A stretch of 64,000 nucleotides of DNA from Eledone cirrhosa (taxonomy: Eukaryota): NCBI GenBank assembly GCA_964016885.1, contig OZ024744.1, positions 114,824,001-114,888,000 of the forward strand, written 5' to 3'. Within the stretch, counting starts at the first letter, position 1. Every line of letters begins with the position of its first letter. Of the stretch, positions 1-13,049 are shown one piece after another. The position numbers were made by a program, and so were the translations under genes. Under the pieces are notes generated by a model that saw only the letters and a list, made by a program, of their open reading frames with translations, had not been told where the DNA came from and ran no database searches.

Positions 1-366
1 CGGAAGAGGTCTTATCAGCATGGAGGACTGTGTTCAGATGGAGAAAAACAACCTACACAAATACGTGACTGATAGTAAGGAGCCAATGCTCAGAACTGTA
101 CTGAAGGAGGGGACAATAGGCCAGAGGATGTCCAAGGAGGAAATAACATCAAGGAGAAAGAGCAGCCTTCAGGAAAAATCCCTTCATAGTACCTTCTTTG
201 AGAAAACTGAATTTAGAGATCCACAGACATGGAACTGGTTGAAAAGAGGAGACCTTAAAAAGGCTACAGAAGGAATGTTAATGGCTGCGCAGGAGCAGGC
301 CCTCAAAACGAAGTGGTTGAAACACCACATTTACAAGGAGGAGGCTAGCCCACTGTGCAGGATCTG

Positions 367-444
<78 letters not shown>

Positions 445-1088
445 GAGAGAGAGAGAGGAGACTGTGGCTCACATTGTATCCGAGTGTAAACACCTAGCCC
501 AGACTCACTATAAGGGCTGGAGACATGATGTGATGGGCAGGGTGACCCACTGGCACCTATGCAAAGTAAACAATTTACCACATTCTGAGAAGTGGTATGA
601 GCATAAGCCAGAGTCGGTGATAGAAAACGATCAGGTGAAGGTGCTGTGGGATTTTAGGATACAGACGGACAAGAAACAGGAACACAATAGACCTGACCTC
701 GTGGTTTTGGACAAAGAAAAAAGATCGTGCCTGATTGTGGATGTGGCCTGCCCATTTGACACGAGAGTGCAAGAGAAGGAGAGGGAGAAAATTAACCGAT
801 ACCAGGACTTAAAGTGGGAGGTAAAAAGGATTTGGAACTGCCATGAAGTCAAAGTGGTCCCGATTGTCATAGGCGCACTAGGTACTATCTCAAAAAGTTT
901 CCAGGGATGGTTAAAGAAAATTGGCCCCTTCACGCTTTTTGGAACGCTTCAAAAGCATGCTTGCTGGGAACAGCAAGAACCCTCCGATACGTCCTGAATA
1001 TCTGAGGCTGCAGGTAGTGGCTTGATATTCATTTCAACAAACTATCCAGTTAACTAACATCAATGACTGAGACTCAAAGAGTAATAAC

Positions 1089-1152
<64 letters not shown>
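1..1152 (+). mobile_element. R4/Dong-clade non-LTR retrotransposon, 3' part (CCHC zinc finger + restriction-like endonuclease, 3' UTR, (TAA)n tail)
   Basis: ORF 20-997 has CRICG..ETVAHIVSEC, RHD, VLWDFRIQTD, RPDLVVLD and IVDVACPFD motifs typical of RLE elements. A (GA)n expansion lies at ~369-458 and there is a frameshift near the C-terminus. The copy ends in (TAA)n at 1082-1152. Confidence 0.9.
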
Positions 1153-1155
<3 letters not shown>

Positions 1156-1314
1156 GACCAAACGCACGTGGTAAGCAAATGCACCCCCCCCCCTAAATAT
1201 ATATACAGATAAATCTACCACTCAATGGTAGGGTCTAAACCGTATAAAGAACTCAATGTAATCCGTATGTAGATGTCGTGAAGCAAAGTTTAAAATACAA
1301 ACATTTTATCAACG

Positions 1315-1760
1315 ACTAGCAGAGGTACCCGGCGTTTCTCGGGTATTAAATAGCAGTTATGTATACCATTTATGTCTATATTTCAGTGCTGCTTCGAAAA
1401 CTATACTTTTACAAAATCATCGGCTTTTTCTAAAAGGGGGTTCCTGCCCCCCAGGAGTCCCCTACTCAATAAGTGCCAATTCTCAGAGTTCACATTCATC
1501 TGTAGAACAAACGTAGCCCCTGTGTCAAGTTTTGTGAAAATCGGTTGCGAACTCCAGAAGTGATGACGTTTTGTTGCATTGCACTGCAGTGCTTCAGTCG
1601 ACTCCAAGGAAGTGGTTAAAGGGGTTATCTGCCGGGAGGCCCTATAATCAATATCTGGAAAAATGAAAGTGCCCATGACCATCCAGAATACATAAATAAC
1701 CTATGTCTTAAGTTTGGTGAAAATACTGTAGAAATGCATAATGTTTACACACACACACGT
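1315..1760 (-). mobile_element. Non-autonomous Helitron-like element
   Basis: The minus strand reads TACCCGAGAAACGCCGGGTA (hairpin) followed by CCTCTGCTAGT, a Helitron-type 3' end. Internal AAGTTTTGTGAAAATCGG and AAGTTTGGTGAAAAT motifs are present and the copy ends in (CA)n. Confidence 0.55.
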
Positions 1761-1774
1761 GTGTGTTTGTGTGT

Positions 1775-3032
1775 GCGTATGTATATGTATGTGTATGACC
1801 GTCGGGGCATACATATGTACTGATCTAAACCTTCACTATTTGCTTTTACTATTTTAAGGCAAAGTTAAAATCCCGCCGAGATTAACTTTGCCTTTCATCC
1901 TTACGGGGTCGATAAAATAAAGTACCAGTAATGTACTGGTTAATTGCTGGCCTTGTGCCAAAAGTAGAAACAACTATTTTAATAACCTCTGTTATTTTCG
2001 TTTACAATTTTATTTACATCATTCTTAAACTCCGGGGTTGGAAATCATTCGGTTATTTTAAATAGTTTAGTCTAACGACTCCATTTATACCATAAACTTG
2101 GTCTTCTCTTTGCATGAAATTGTTCTTCCCGGTCCACATAACAACGTATTATCCTCGCGTTTTTACGTTCATTACCAGTGAACGTCTTCACGAACCAAAA
2201 TATCGTCTTCCTGTAATTCTGCGATAACAGATTGAATTTATTAGTTTAAGAAGATCCCGTTAATGCTGAAAGCAGCGATTCTTTGCATAAACTTTCTTTC
2301 TCAACCCCTCTCCCTTTTTTCTCATACCTTCTCTCTCTCTCTTTCTCACTCTCTGTCTCTCTATCTGATTATCTTGTACCTCTCTCTCTGTATAACGACC
2401 TATCTCACTCTCTCTCTCTCTCTACATCACCCTTTCTCTCTTTAGATGTATATGTATATGTGTGTGTATGATATATATATATATAGAGAGAGTTGCAACA
2501 TGTATGTAGTTTCATAGATTGTTGAGAGTAGTGAGAATGAAAATATAAACAGAGGATATAAATAAATTTACAGTAGAATAACATAACAATTATGCTTTAA
2601 ATATATACATAAATAACATTACAAACGCCTCGGTAACACTACAAAGGATGATACAATGAAAGATATATTCCTTCAATGCTACAATATTAAAGAAAATGTA
2701 AAGGAAGGGGTGAACAACGGAGCCAACACCAGAACAAAAGACAGCAACTTCGCGAGTACTGGGCAACCTCTCTAATTTTGAGGCAAGCCAGCACACTCGC
2801 AGCGTTGCCTCGAGTAATGGCGAGGCTGATGCGCTGAAATATTGTTAACTTTGCCTTTCATCATTACGGGGTCGATAAAATAAAGTACCAGTAATGCACT
2901 GGATGATTGCTAGCCTTGTGCCAAAAGTAGAAATAACTATTTTAATAACCTGTCATTTTCGTTTACAATTTTATTTACAGCATTCTTAAACTCAAGGGCT
3001 ACGTGTGTGTGTGTGTGTGTGTGTGCGTGTGC

Positions 3033-3125
<93 letters not shown>

Positions 3126-3525
3126 CGCGTGTGTGCGTGTGTGCGCGTGCGCGTGTGTGTGTGCGTATGTATATGTATGTGTATGTTCTCGGCGCATACG
3201 TATGTACTGGCCTAAATCTTCACTATTTGCTTTTACTATTTTAAGGCAAAGTTAAAATCCCGTCGAGGTTAACTTTGCCTTTCATCCTTACGGGGTCGAT
3301 AAAATAAAGTACCAGTAATGTACTGGTTAATTGCTGGCCTTGTGCCAAAAGTAGAAACAACTATTTTAATAACCTCTGTCATTTTCGTTTACAATTTTAT
3401 TTACATCATTCTTAAACTCCGGGGTTGGAAATCATTCGGTTATTTTAAATAGAATATTAGTCTAACGACTCCATTTACACCATAAACTTGGTCTTCTCTT
3501 TGCATGAAATTGTTCTTCTCGGTCC
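1775..3525 (+). repeat. ~350-bp direct duplication (1775-2135 and 3165-3525) containing a 5'-truncated SINE; partial third copy at 2843-2998
   Basis: Near-identical blocks CTTCACTATTTGCTTTTACT...GAAATTGTTCTT(C/T)CCGGTCC at both positions. Confidence 0.85.
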
Positions 3526-3529
3526 GCCG

Positions 3530-3868
3530 CGTCGTTTATACGTAACATAAATAGATAAGCAAATGACGCCATAAAAGGGAAATAACTCGTCTCTCATCTC
3601 TATTTATACATTTGAACTGAAAAATCAATACATTACAAATTCGATTTTTGGACTTGGCGTGGGTCGATTTGAAATTTTTTTGACCGATGTCTCTGCCGGA
3701 CCTTCATCTATAAGTGTAGCAATTTCACCGAAATTTGAACGTACGGTTTAGGAGGAGATGTGTGCCGACGGATTTAGTAGACATACAGACAGACAGACAA
3801 CCTCAGTTTTATATATATAGACTAGCAGAAAACCACCCGGTGGGCGGTTTTCTGCTAGCAAATCTAGT
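3530..3868 (-). mobile_element. Helitron-like non-autonomous element 5' region plus palindromic CTAG terminus
   Basis: The minus strand has TCTATATATATAAAACTGAGGTTGTCTGTCTGTCTG (5' TC end plus (CTGT)n). It abuts CTAGCAGAAAACCACCCGGTGGGCGGTTTTCTGCTAG, a motif that recurs at 4799-4846. Confidence 0.6.
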
Positions 3869-4351
3869 GTATATACTGATATTGTTGAGATTTGGATGAG
3901 AAATGTTTTCGGCACCACATGTTCACCGTCTCTCGGTGTGTCTTTTATGAATGTATAAATATATATGTTATCTATACGGTGAAATCTTTGAAATAAATAT
4001 ATGTTAAAACGAAAAAGGAGAAAATAAATAACTGGCGGTTAAAAAAAAATATTCCTATGAAATTTTAATCATACCATTAGGTGTGAATAAGGAAATATTT
4101 TTTTATTGTCAAAATAAATGTTCAAAAGTTAAACTTCAATTTTTTGAATTATTTCCAATTTTTTCATGAAATTGAACACTGGACATTGGCTGCTGGAAAT
4201 GGAAATTAAATCGTATTTAAATTTTTAACCTTATTTTATTATTTATATTTTTTCAATAAGAAATAAAAAAAAAAAAAAAAAATTGAAGAAAAAAATTGAA
4301 CAAATCAAACGTAGGTTATGGAACTGCGCAATCTGATTAATAAATTACCTC

Positions 4352-4478
4352 ATCAGCAGCAACCTTCTTCAAATGGTCCTTATTATCAGCAGCAACAACC
4401 ACAAATTCAATGGCAACCTTCTTCAAATGGACCTTATTATCAGCAGCAACAACCACAAATTCAATGGCAACCTTCTTC
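4352..4478 (+). repeat. 54-bp tandem repeat (~2.3 copies) inside a short Q/P-rich ORF
   Basis: AACCTTCTTC recurs at 4361, 4415 and 4469 and translates as QPSSNGPYYQQQQPQIQW. Confidence 0.8.
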
Positions 4479-4659
4479 GCATGGTGTCAAGTCAGAACCG
4501 CCTCGAACTGGTTACTTCTGGCTTGTGCAAGGTGTCTCTATAGCAACCAGCGATTCCCTCGGCCTCAGTGACCAAAGTCAGTGGAGAGGGGAAGGTAATG
4601 TTTCTATAAAGGAAGGGGAATGTAATGTTTCTTTAGCACGTGTTTTAGCGTCTATTCAC

Positions 4660-5135
4660 TCTCTCTCTCTCCCTCTCTCCCTCCCGCTATCCCCCTCTCG
4701 TAGTCTGTCTCTTTCTTTCACTCTCACTCTCTCTCTACGCACGTGTTTCCACTGTCGGACAGACAGACAGAGAAATTGCTGGTTATATATATAAGTAGAC
4801 TAGCAGAAAACCACCCGGTGAGCGGTTTTCTGCTAGCAAATCTAGTATATATATATATTACACACACAGAAATGTATATATATTTCTGTGTGTATATATA
4901 TATATTTCTGTGTGTGTATATATATATATATATTACACACACAGAGAAATGTATATATGTTTCTGTAGCACTCCTCAATTCCCCCCTCTCTCCCTCCCGC
5001 TATCCCCCTCTTGTAGTCTGTCTCTTTCTTTCACTCTAACTCTCTCTCTACGCGTGCGCAAAAAACATTCGCACGCGCGCACGTGTTTCCACTGTCGGAC
5101 AGACAGACAAACAGAGAAATTGCTGGTTATATATG
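4660..5135. repeat. Duplicated Helitron-like terminal segment (4660-4846 and 4985-5135)
   Basis: CTCCCTCCCGCTATCCCCCTCT...GTGTTTCCACTGTCGGACAGACAGAC...GAAATTGCTGGTTATATA is present twice. Confidence 0.7.
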
Positions 5136-5281
5136 ATAAGGAGATATAAATCAATTGGATACTGAGTCTGTGCTGTGTTTATATGTATGGGGTGTGTTTG
5201 TATATTTATATGTATGCGTATGTGTGTGTGTATATGTATATATGTATATATATATATATATGTGTGTGTGTATGTACACAC

Positions 5282-5351
<70 letters not shown>

Positions 5352-5584
5352 TTTATATATATATAGAAATAAAAATATATATATATATACATATACACAC
5401 ATATATATATACATATATGTGTACATATACACACACATATATATATATATATATACATATACACACACATATATACACACACACAAATACGCATACATAT
5501 AAATATACACACATATACACACATACACACACACATATATACATATATACACAAAAGAAAAACATAAAAATTTATTTTCAATTT

Positions 5585-5620
<36 letters not shown>

Positions 5621-5695
5621 CACATATATACACATATATACATATATTTAAGAGTTAAACCATCTACCATGTCAGGGTATGTCCTGTATCATTTT

Positions 5696-5760
5696 ATTTT
5701 ATCTGATGAGGACGAACTGTTAAACTTAATTCAGTACCTCTGAAATATGTATAATAAAAT
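5696..5760 (+). ncRNA. Minimal type I hammerhead ribozyme motif (HHR-1)
   Basis: Stem I ATTTTAT/ATAAAAT; CTGATGA at 5703; stem II GGA-C-GAACTG/CAGTAC-C-TCT; GAAA at 5742; 2-bp stem III with loop ATGT; AUA cleavage triplet, predicted cut after 5753. Confidence 0.7.
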
Positions 5761-5806
5761 ATAATTGATCACAAGAATATCTATTTTGTTAATATTTGGA
5801 ATTAAT

Positions 5807-5965
<159 letters not shown>

Positions 5966-5984
5966 TACATATATATACATATAC

Positions 5985-6497
5985 ATACATACATACACAA
6001 AATAAAAATAAAGGGAAGGAAGGGGTATTCAAATAGTAGGGCATACGACAAATAAAAAATAAAGGTATAAATGTTTATAGCTGATTAAGAGCACTCAACA
6101 GATCCTGGAGCAAATAATCAATAAAAGTAAGCATTAAAAAACTCTGTATGTAATTATGCATATACATACAAAACCATACATACACATACACAACCAACTA
6201 CAAACAAATATATATACATATACTTATATATATATATATATATATATATGCAAAAGTTCTATTTAAAATTGTTGGGATACAACAAGTAAATATTTTATAA
6301 CTGATATAAAGTACTCGACAAGTTTTTTCCAAAAATAATGGTTGCATCTAATAGGGTACGTCAAAATTATTTATAAAACTGTTTATATATTGTATTTTGT
6401 CTGATGAAGGCATACCATATTTTAATTTGGTATCCCTGAAATATGTATAATGAAATAAATATGGTTTTATAAATATAGTTTCCATTTATTTAATATC

Positions 6498-6532
<35 letters not shown>

Positions 6533-6640
6533 CACACACATATATATATATGTATATATATACACACACACTAATATACACACACACTAATATACACACA
6601 CACAAAGTACAAAGGGTTACAACACCACATAAATAAAAAT

Positions 6641-6691
<51 letters not shown>

Positions 6692-6732
6692 CATACGCAT
6701 ACACATATATATAAAAATCTATACAGACATAT

Positions 6733-6788
<56 letters not shown>

Positions 6789-7334
6789 TTATATACACAT
6801 ATACACGACAACATACATACACGTAAAATTAATATCTAAAAATAAAAAGGGGGTGGGTATGTAAAGAGTAAGGTAGAGAGTAGGTGGGAATAAGGAAAAT
6901 AAATAACAAGAAAAAGTTAAAAAATAAGAGGAGATAAGGGAGAAAGAGAAAATAAGGGTACAAAAAGTGAGTTCAGAGAGTAATAAAAGTCGTAGTAGAT
7001 GTAAGGCGTAAAGAGCAAAGAAGAAGTTCAAGGTGGTTAAGTCATCGTAGCAAAGAAGTTCAAGGTGGTTGAGTCATCGTAGGAATGTCAATCCAGTTAC
7101 AGAGCAGATGTGATTTCAGGTGAGGACAACATCTGAAGATCTCGGTCTTGGAGTTAAGGCAAGTTGAAGTGGTATACCAGGATAAAAATCTTCATTTAGT
7201 CCAGAATTAGCCGTCGAAACGGCTTGAGCTCAGCCGTCGTGGTCCTACTCGTTCCTATTACCCACTCTACTACCCTAAGTATTGAGTACTTTGGTGCGTT
7301 ATGGTCCACCTGGTTCCTTACCACATTTCCTTCG

Positions 7335-7402
<68 letters not shown>

Positions 7403-7670
7403 ATATATATGTATATATATATATATGTATATATATTTGTATGTAGTTGGTTGTGTGTGTGTGTGTGTGTGTGTGTATGTATGGTTTTGTATGTATATGC
7501 ATAATTACATAGTTTTTTAATGCTTACTTTTATTGATTATTTGCTCCAGGAACTGTTGAGTGCTCTTAATCAGCTATAAACATTTATACCTTTATTTTTT
7601 ATTTGTCGTATGCCCTACTATTTGAATACCCCTTCCTTCCCTTTATTTTTATTTTGTGTATGTATGTATA
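5985..7670. repeat. Dispersed inverted repeat, ~220-bp arms (5985-6215 and 7435-7670)
   Basis: AAAGGGAAGGAAGGGGTATTCAAATAGTAGGGCATACGAC... at ~6010 occurs as its reverse complement at ~7605-7645, and the match extends over the arms. Confidence 0.85.
6393..6457 (+). ncRNA. Minimal type I hammerhead ribozyme motif (HHR-2)
   Basis: Stem I TATTTTGT/ATGAAATA; CTGATGA at 6401; stem II AGG-C-ATACCA/TGGTAT-C-CCT; GAAATATGTATA; predicted cut after 6449. Confidence 0.75.
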
Positions 7671-7780
7671 TGTATATATATATAAAGAGTTAAACAAGAT
7701 TCAATGAGTACATCAAAGAATGAGTTTTACTACCTTGATTAAATCTTAACCTTTTAACATCTCAGGGTATGTCATGTATC

Positions 7781-7843
7781 ATTATATTTTGTCTGATGAG
7801 AACGTACTGTTGTACCTCTGAAATATGTATAATAAAATGTAAT
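7781..7843 (+). ncRNA. Minimal type I hammerhead ribozyme motif (HHR-3)
   Basis: 12-bp stem I ATTATATTTTGT/ATAAAATGTAAT; CTGATGA at 7793; stem II GAA-C-GTAC/GTAC-C-TCT with one mismatch; GAAATATGTATA; predicted cut after 7831. Confidence 0.7.
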
Positions 7844-7876
7844 TGATCAAAAGAACATCTATTTTATTAATATTTG

Positions 7877-7926
<50 letters not shown>

Positions 7927-8075
7927 ATATATTAACAAATGGAAACTATATTTATAAAACCATATAGTTTCCATTTGTTAATATATTGTATTTTTACTTC
8001 AATAAATTGTTGAGTGCTTTATATCAGTTATAAAAATATTTACTTGTTGAATCCCAACAAATTAAATATAACTTC

Positions 8076-8107
<32 letters not shown>

Positions 8108-8112
<5 letters not shown>

Positions 8113-9300
8113 ACCAGTTAATTTTATTGTTCATTTTTTGTCGATTCTATTAAATGATGAATAGCCCCTGTTTATTTTAACATGTCTATTGAGCACTCTT
8201 ATTCGATATGTGTTTTTTGCCACACTTTTCCGAATATTTTTTTGCGGATATAAAGGTTATCTCCCTTGCTGAAATCCATGTGCGTATTTTTAGCATGGGT
8301 CTTGTCTTTCTATCCATTCGGACGAAGCTCGTTGATAAAGTAACTCCAGTCCCCCGGCATCTGTAAGTCTTATATTTTTATATGAGCTGATAGATGACGG
8401 TTTAAGGATTTACAGAAACCCAAGAAGCTAGATATTCCATCTCTCTAGTGGGTCCGGGTATGCATTTTACATTCATTTCATTTATTGATTTATTGATAAT
8501 TTATCTGAGTGTCCCGAATCTTCCATATCGAACTTATCGGTTATTTGGTTGATTGTAGACATATTCTACGTGTGACGGTATTTAACGATAGTTATAGCTC
8601 TAATTTATTTGAATTATAGAGCCCTCTGCCGCTCATCTCGAATTTTGTTTATCGTGAACTCGTGCGCCGATTTTTCGATACTCGATTATTCTACTATAGT
8701 TAGCTCTAGACTTAGCTATTGACCAGTTAATTTTATTGTTCATTTTTTGTCGATTCTATTAAATGATGAATAGCCCCTGTTTATTTTAACATGTCTATTG
8801 AGCACTCTTATTCGATATGTGTTTTTTGCCACACTTTTCCGAATATTTTTTTGCGGATATAAAGGTTATCTCCCTTGCTGAAATCCATGTGCGTATTTTT
8901 AGCATGGGTCTTGTCTTTCTATCCATTCGGACGAAGCTCGTTGATAAAGTAACTCCAGTCCCCCGGCATCTGTAAGTCTTATATTTTTATATGAGCTGAT
9001 AGATGACGGTTTAAGGATTTACAGAAACCCAAGAAGCTAGATATTCCATCTCTCTAGTGGGTCCGGGTATGCATTTTACATTCATTTCATTTATTGATTT
9101 ATTGATAATTTATCTGAGTGTCCCGAATCTTCCATATCGAACTTATCGGTTATTTGGTTGATTGTAGACATATTCTACGTGTGACGGTATTTAACGATAG
9201 TTATAGCTCTAATTTATTTGAATTATAGAGCCCTCTGCCGCTCATCTCGAATTTTGTTTATCGTGAACTCGTGCGCCGATTTTTCGATACTCGATTATTC

Positions 9301-9305
<5 letters not shown>
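8108..9305. repeat. 609-bp tandem repeat (~1.97 units) flanked by (TA)n; diverged inverted copy at 15467-15880
   Basis: GACCAGTTAATTTTATTG starts at 8112 and 8721 (period 609). The two units look identical by eye. Confidence 0.9.
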
Positions 9306-9390
<85 letters not shown>

Positions 9391-9392
<2 letters not shown>

Positions 9393-11218
9393 AAGGCGGG
9401 TAAAATTCCCGAGATCCATGGACGAGTTCTCTCCAGCGGTCTCTGTCCCTCATTATCGCTGCCATGTCCTGTATCTCCAACAGACCAGTGTCTGTCCTTA
9501 GGGCATCAACATACGTTAACCTTGGTCTTCCTCTTCTAGTGTGTCCATTTAGGGGCTCCCAAAGGAGTACTGAGTGCAATGTCAACTCTGGATGTCGGTG
9601 AGCATGTCCAGCTAACCTCAGTCTCCTCTGTGTCACTTTTGAGCTGACTTTTGGGATGCTCCCATACAGCTCTGAGTTTTTCATCCTCAGTGTATACTGA
9701 TTAATGTTCAGAGCCATCCTCAGCATTCTCGTGTAGCACCCATCCACCATCTGAGTGAGTTTCTTGGTCAGTGTCCAAGTCTCAGACCCATACAGCAGCA
9801 CAGACTCCACTACAGCAATGAAGAGGCGGATTTTCAGGTCTCTACGAAGGTCCGACTTCTACACCGATCTCAAGCTGTGGCACGCCGCCCAGGCCTTGCT
9901 CTTCCTCTCAACCACATCGTCTTCCGTATTCCCAATCTTTGCTCCCAAATACAGGAAGTCCTCAACCAATTCCAGCGGCTTCCCGCCTACATTAGTGATC
10001 CCCTCTGGCTTCTCAACATTCTCTACCAGATATTTTGTTTTAGTCTCATTCATTCTCAGCCCCACACTCATCAACACAGTCTCAACCTCCCGCATCAAAT
10101 CCTCTGCCTCCTTCACTGTATTTGTCACCAAAACTATGTCGTCGGCAAATTCAGCATCCGATACCTTTTTCGCCCTAACTCTCCTGCTCTGAGCCGGTGC
10201 TACAGTAAAGCCAGAGTCCTGGTGTTTCTCCAGTGCAAGGCGCATACAATAGTCCACTACGATGATAAAAAGGTAGGGAGCCAATGTATCTCCCTGGAGC
10301 ACTCCAGCCAGTATCTCAAAGAACTCTGTCATCCCATCAGGTGTAATGACTTGGGCTTTGGTGTTGGTGTAGAGCAGTGATATCAGGTCCACTATCTTCT
10401 TGGAGATTCCATAAGCCTGTAAGATCTTCATCAGGCAGTAACAGTCCACAGAATCAAAGGCCTTCCTAAAGTCAATGAAAACCATGACCGCAGGAAGGCA
10501 CTTTGCTCTAGCTCCCTCTAATATCCTCCTCAGCATCAGGATGTGACTGGTGGTTGATCTACCCTCTCTGAAGCCGTTCTGGTTGTCCCTGAGCTTCTTC
10601 TCCATCTCAGGCTGGATCCTGTTAAGAATCATCCTGTTGAGGGACTTTGCCACAAGTGACGTCAGTGAGATCCCCCGGTAGTTGTTGGTGTTAGAGAGAT
10701 CTCCCTTCTTTGGCACTGGGACGATGTTACTGATCCTCCACTGATTCGGGGCAACTCCTTTCTCCAGTGCCCCGTTACAGAACCCCAGGATGATATCATC
10801 AAAATCACACCTCTTCATCACCTCTGATGCCACTCCATCTTCTCCATGAGCCTTACCCTCCTTGATCTTCTTCTTGGCTCTCTGAAGCTCCTCTCTGGTG
10901 AAGGGCTCTGTCTCAACATCCAGTTCCTCAAACAGCCGCCTGATCTCCCCAGTGCTCTGGGCTGTGGAGGGTGGCTCTCCTAGTAGGGTCCTAAAATGGT
11001 CTAGCCATTTCCTCTTCCTATCCTCGGGCCCCGTTCCCTGGATCTGACTCGAACACCTTCTCTTCCTCCCTGTGATCTCGCTGATGATCATCCAGCTCTC
11101 CTTACATCCAGATCTGTCAACCGCTCTCTCCACACTTCTGATCTTCTCTATCAGTGCCTCCTCTCTGACCTCAGTGTAAGCGGTACAGAGCTCTTCCCAC
11201 ATCACCTCCACAGTCTCT
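9391..11218 (-). mobile_element. RTE-clade LINE, reverse transcriptase to C-terminus (one premature stop at ~9859)
   Basis: Motifs PVPKKGD, NYRGISL, QNGFREGRST, FIDFRKAFDS, GVLQGDTLAP, FADD, FLYLG, LLYGSETW, RRLRLAGH and GRPRLTY are present. The two ORFs are in the same frame and the stop codon abuts (TA)n. Confidence 0.92.
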
Positions 11219-11952
11219 AACCGAGAGGGACAGTGATGTGAATGTGGAAGAGTTCCATGAGGAGGTGTGTAGAGCTGTCAACACCACTCAGGCACACAAT
11301 ATCCTGCTTGTTTTGGGGGACTTCAATGCACATCTGAGTAAGGAGGGCAGTGAAGATCCTTGCTGGTACTTCCATAACAACACCAACCGAAATGGAAGAC
11401 TACTGAGAGACACCCTGCTGGAGGCGAACTTGATGGCGACTAACCTAAGGTTTAGGAATAATCTGGGGAAGATGTGGACCTACATCTCAGATATGCTCCT
11501 GTCCAAGTCCCAGATTGATTTCATTCTGGTGAGGAAAAAGTGGCGGAATAGTGTTCTGAACACGGAACCATACAGCTATTTCAGTACACTGGGTCGTGAC
11601 CACCGGCTTGTTATGAGTTAGGTCCGCGTGAGCTTAAGAAAGAGCAAGGCTCAGCCCCGGAGAACAATCTATGACTGGGGAGCTTTCAAGGAAGATGATA
11701 AGCTACAGGAGAGGTTCACAGTGGAAGTGAGAAACAGGTTTAGTGCTCTGTGTGGAGAGTCAGAGGAGAGAGAGATTGGATGGACTGAGGAGAGTGTGAC
11801 GAGGAGGTACGGGCACTTCACCAATGCAGTGGCGGAAGCAAGTGAAACCCTGGTGCCGAGGAAAAAGAACAAAGGGAAGCACGTCAGCTCTGCAAACCCA
11901 AAAGTGTGTGCAGCCAGAGAACACCTGAAAGCTGCCAGGGACCAATTCTATG

Positions 11953-11957
<5 letters not shown>
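11219..11957 (+). mobile_element. Inverted 5' segment of the same RTE LINE (APE endonuclease C-half + linker)
   Basis: LGDFNA, NRNGRLL, QIDFIL, DHRLV and EVRNRF motifs lie in opposite orientation to the adjacent RT. The segment ends in (TA)n. Confidence 0.85.
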
Positions 11958-12009
<52 letters not shown>

Positions 12010-12289
12010 ATATATGTGTATATATATATATACGGGAGAGATGACCCCTTAGCCTTTGTCAAGGCAGAATTCTAGGAGAAGGAAAACTCTGATATAACAC
12101 CTGCAACCCTGATGGTATCCAATGATGTTGACGTGTTCTTCTTTTTGGTAAATATCATCATGGTTAAGAGAGTGGGACTGGCTTTGTGCAGTGCCTTTGC
12201 TCACTATAAAAGCTTCACGGAACAGGCATTGCTTTATATCTGGAGATCTCTCTGCACTTGTCGTTACATGGTACCATGGGCCCAGCACT

Positions 12290-12445
12290 ATGTGTCAATA
12301 ATTGTCACAGGTGTAGTGTTTGTACCAGAGTTTTCAAGTCGCTGGCTGGACTAAAAAGTCACTCGTTCAGCGCATCGGTAGGGGTTCTCCTACATGGATA
12401 TAAAGTAGTGGCCGTACTCGAAAACGAGTTGGCAGCCACCATAGA
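12290..12445 (+). mobile_element. 3' end fragment of an RTE/RTEX-like LINE (C2H2 finger + tail)
   Basis: Encodes CSVCTRVFKSLAGLKSH, followed by a short hairpin tail ACTCGAAAACGAGT that runs into (TA)n. Confidence 0.55.
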
Positions 12446-12608
12446 TATATATATATATGTACATAAATTGAAAATAACTTTTTGTGTTTTTCTTTTGTGT
12501 ATATGTGTATATATGTATATATGTGTATATATGTATATATGTGTATATATGTGTATGTGTGTGTATATATATATATATATGTGTGTGTATGTGTGTAGTG
12601 TGTAGGTG

Positions 12609-12676
<68 letters not shown>

Positions 12677-12976
12677 TACATATATATATGCGTATGTGCG
12701 TGTGTACGTACTTATGCGTATGTGTGTATGTAACTTTATATTTATGCTTTTATCTTTAAGAAAATTTTATACTATATGTGTGTATGTGGTTTTATGCATT
12801 TATGTGTGCGTGTATATGTATTTGTATGTATATACTCTTTTGTGTCTGTGCTGTGTTTATATGTATGGGGTGTGCTTGTATAATTATATGTATGCGTATG
12901 CGTGTGTGTATATGTATATATATGTGTGTGTGTATGTACACATATATGTATATATATATATATATGTATGTGTGTG

Positions 12977-13049
<73 letters not shown>

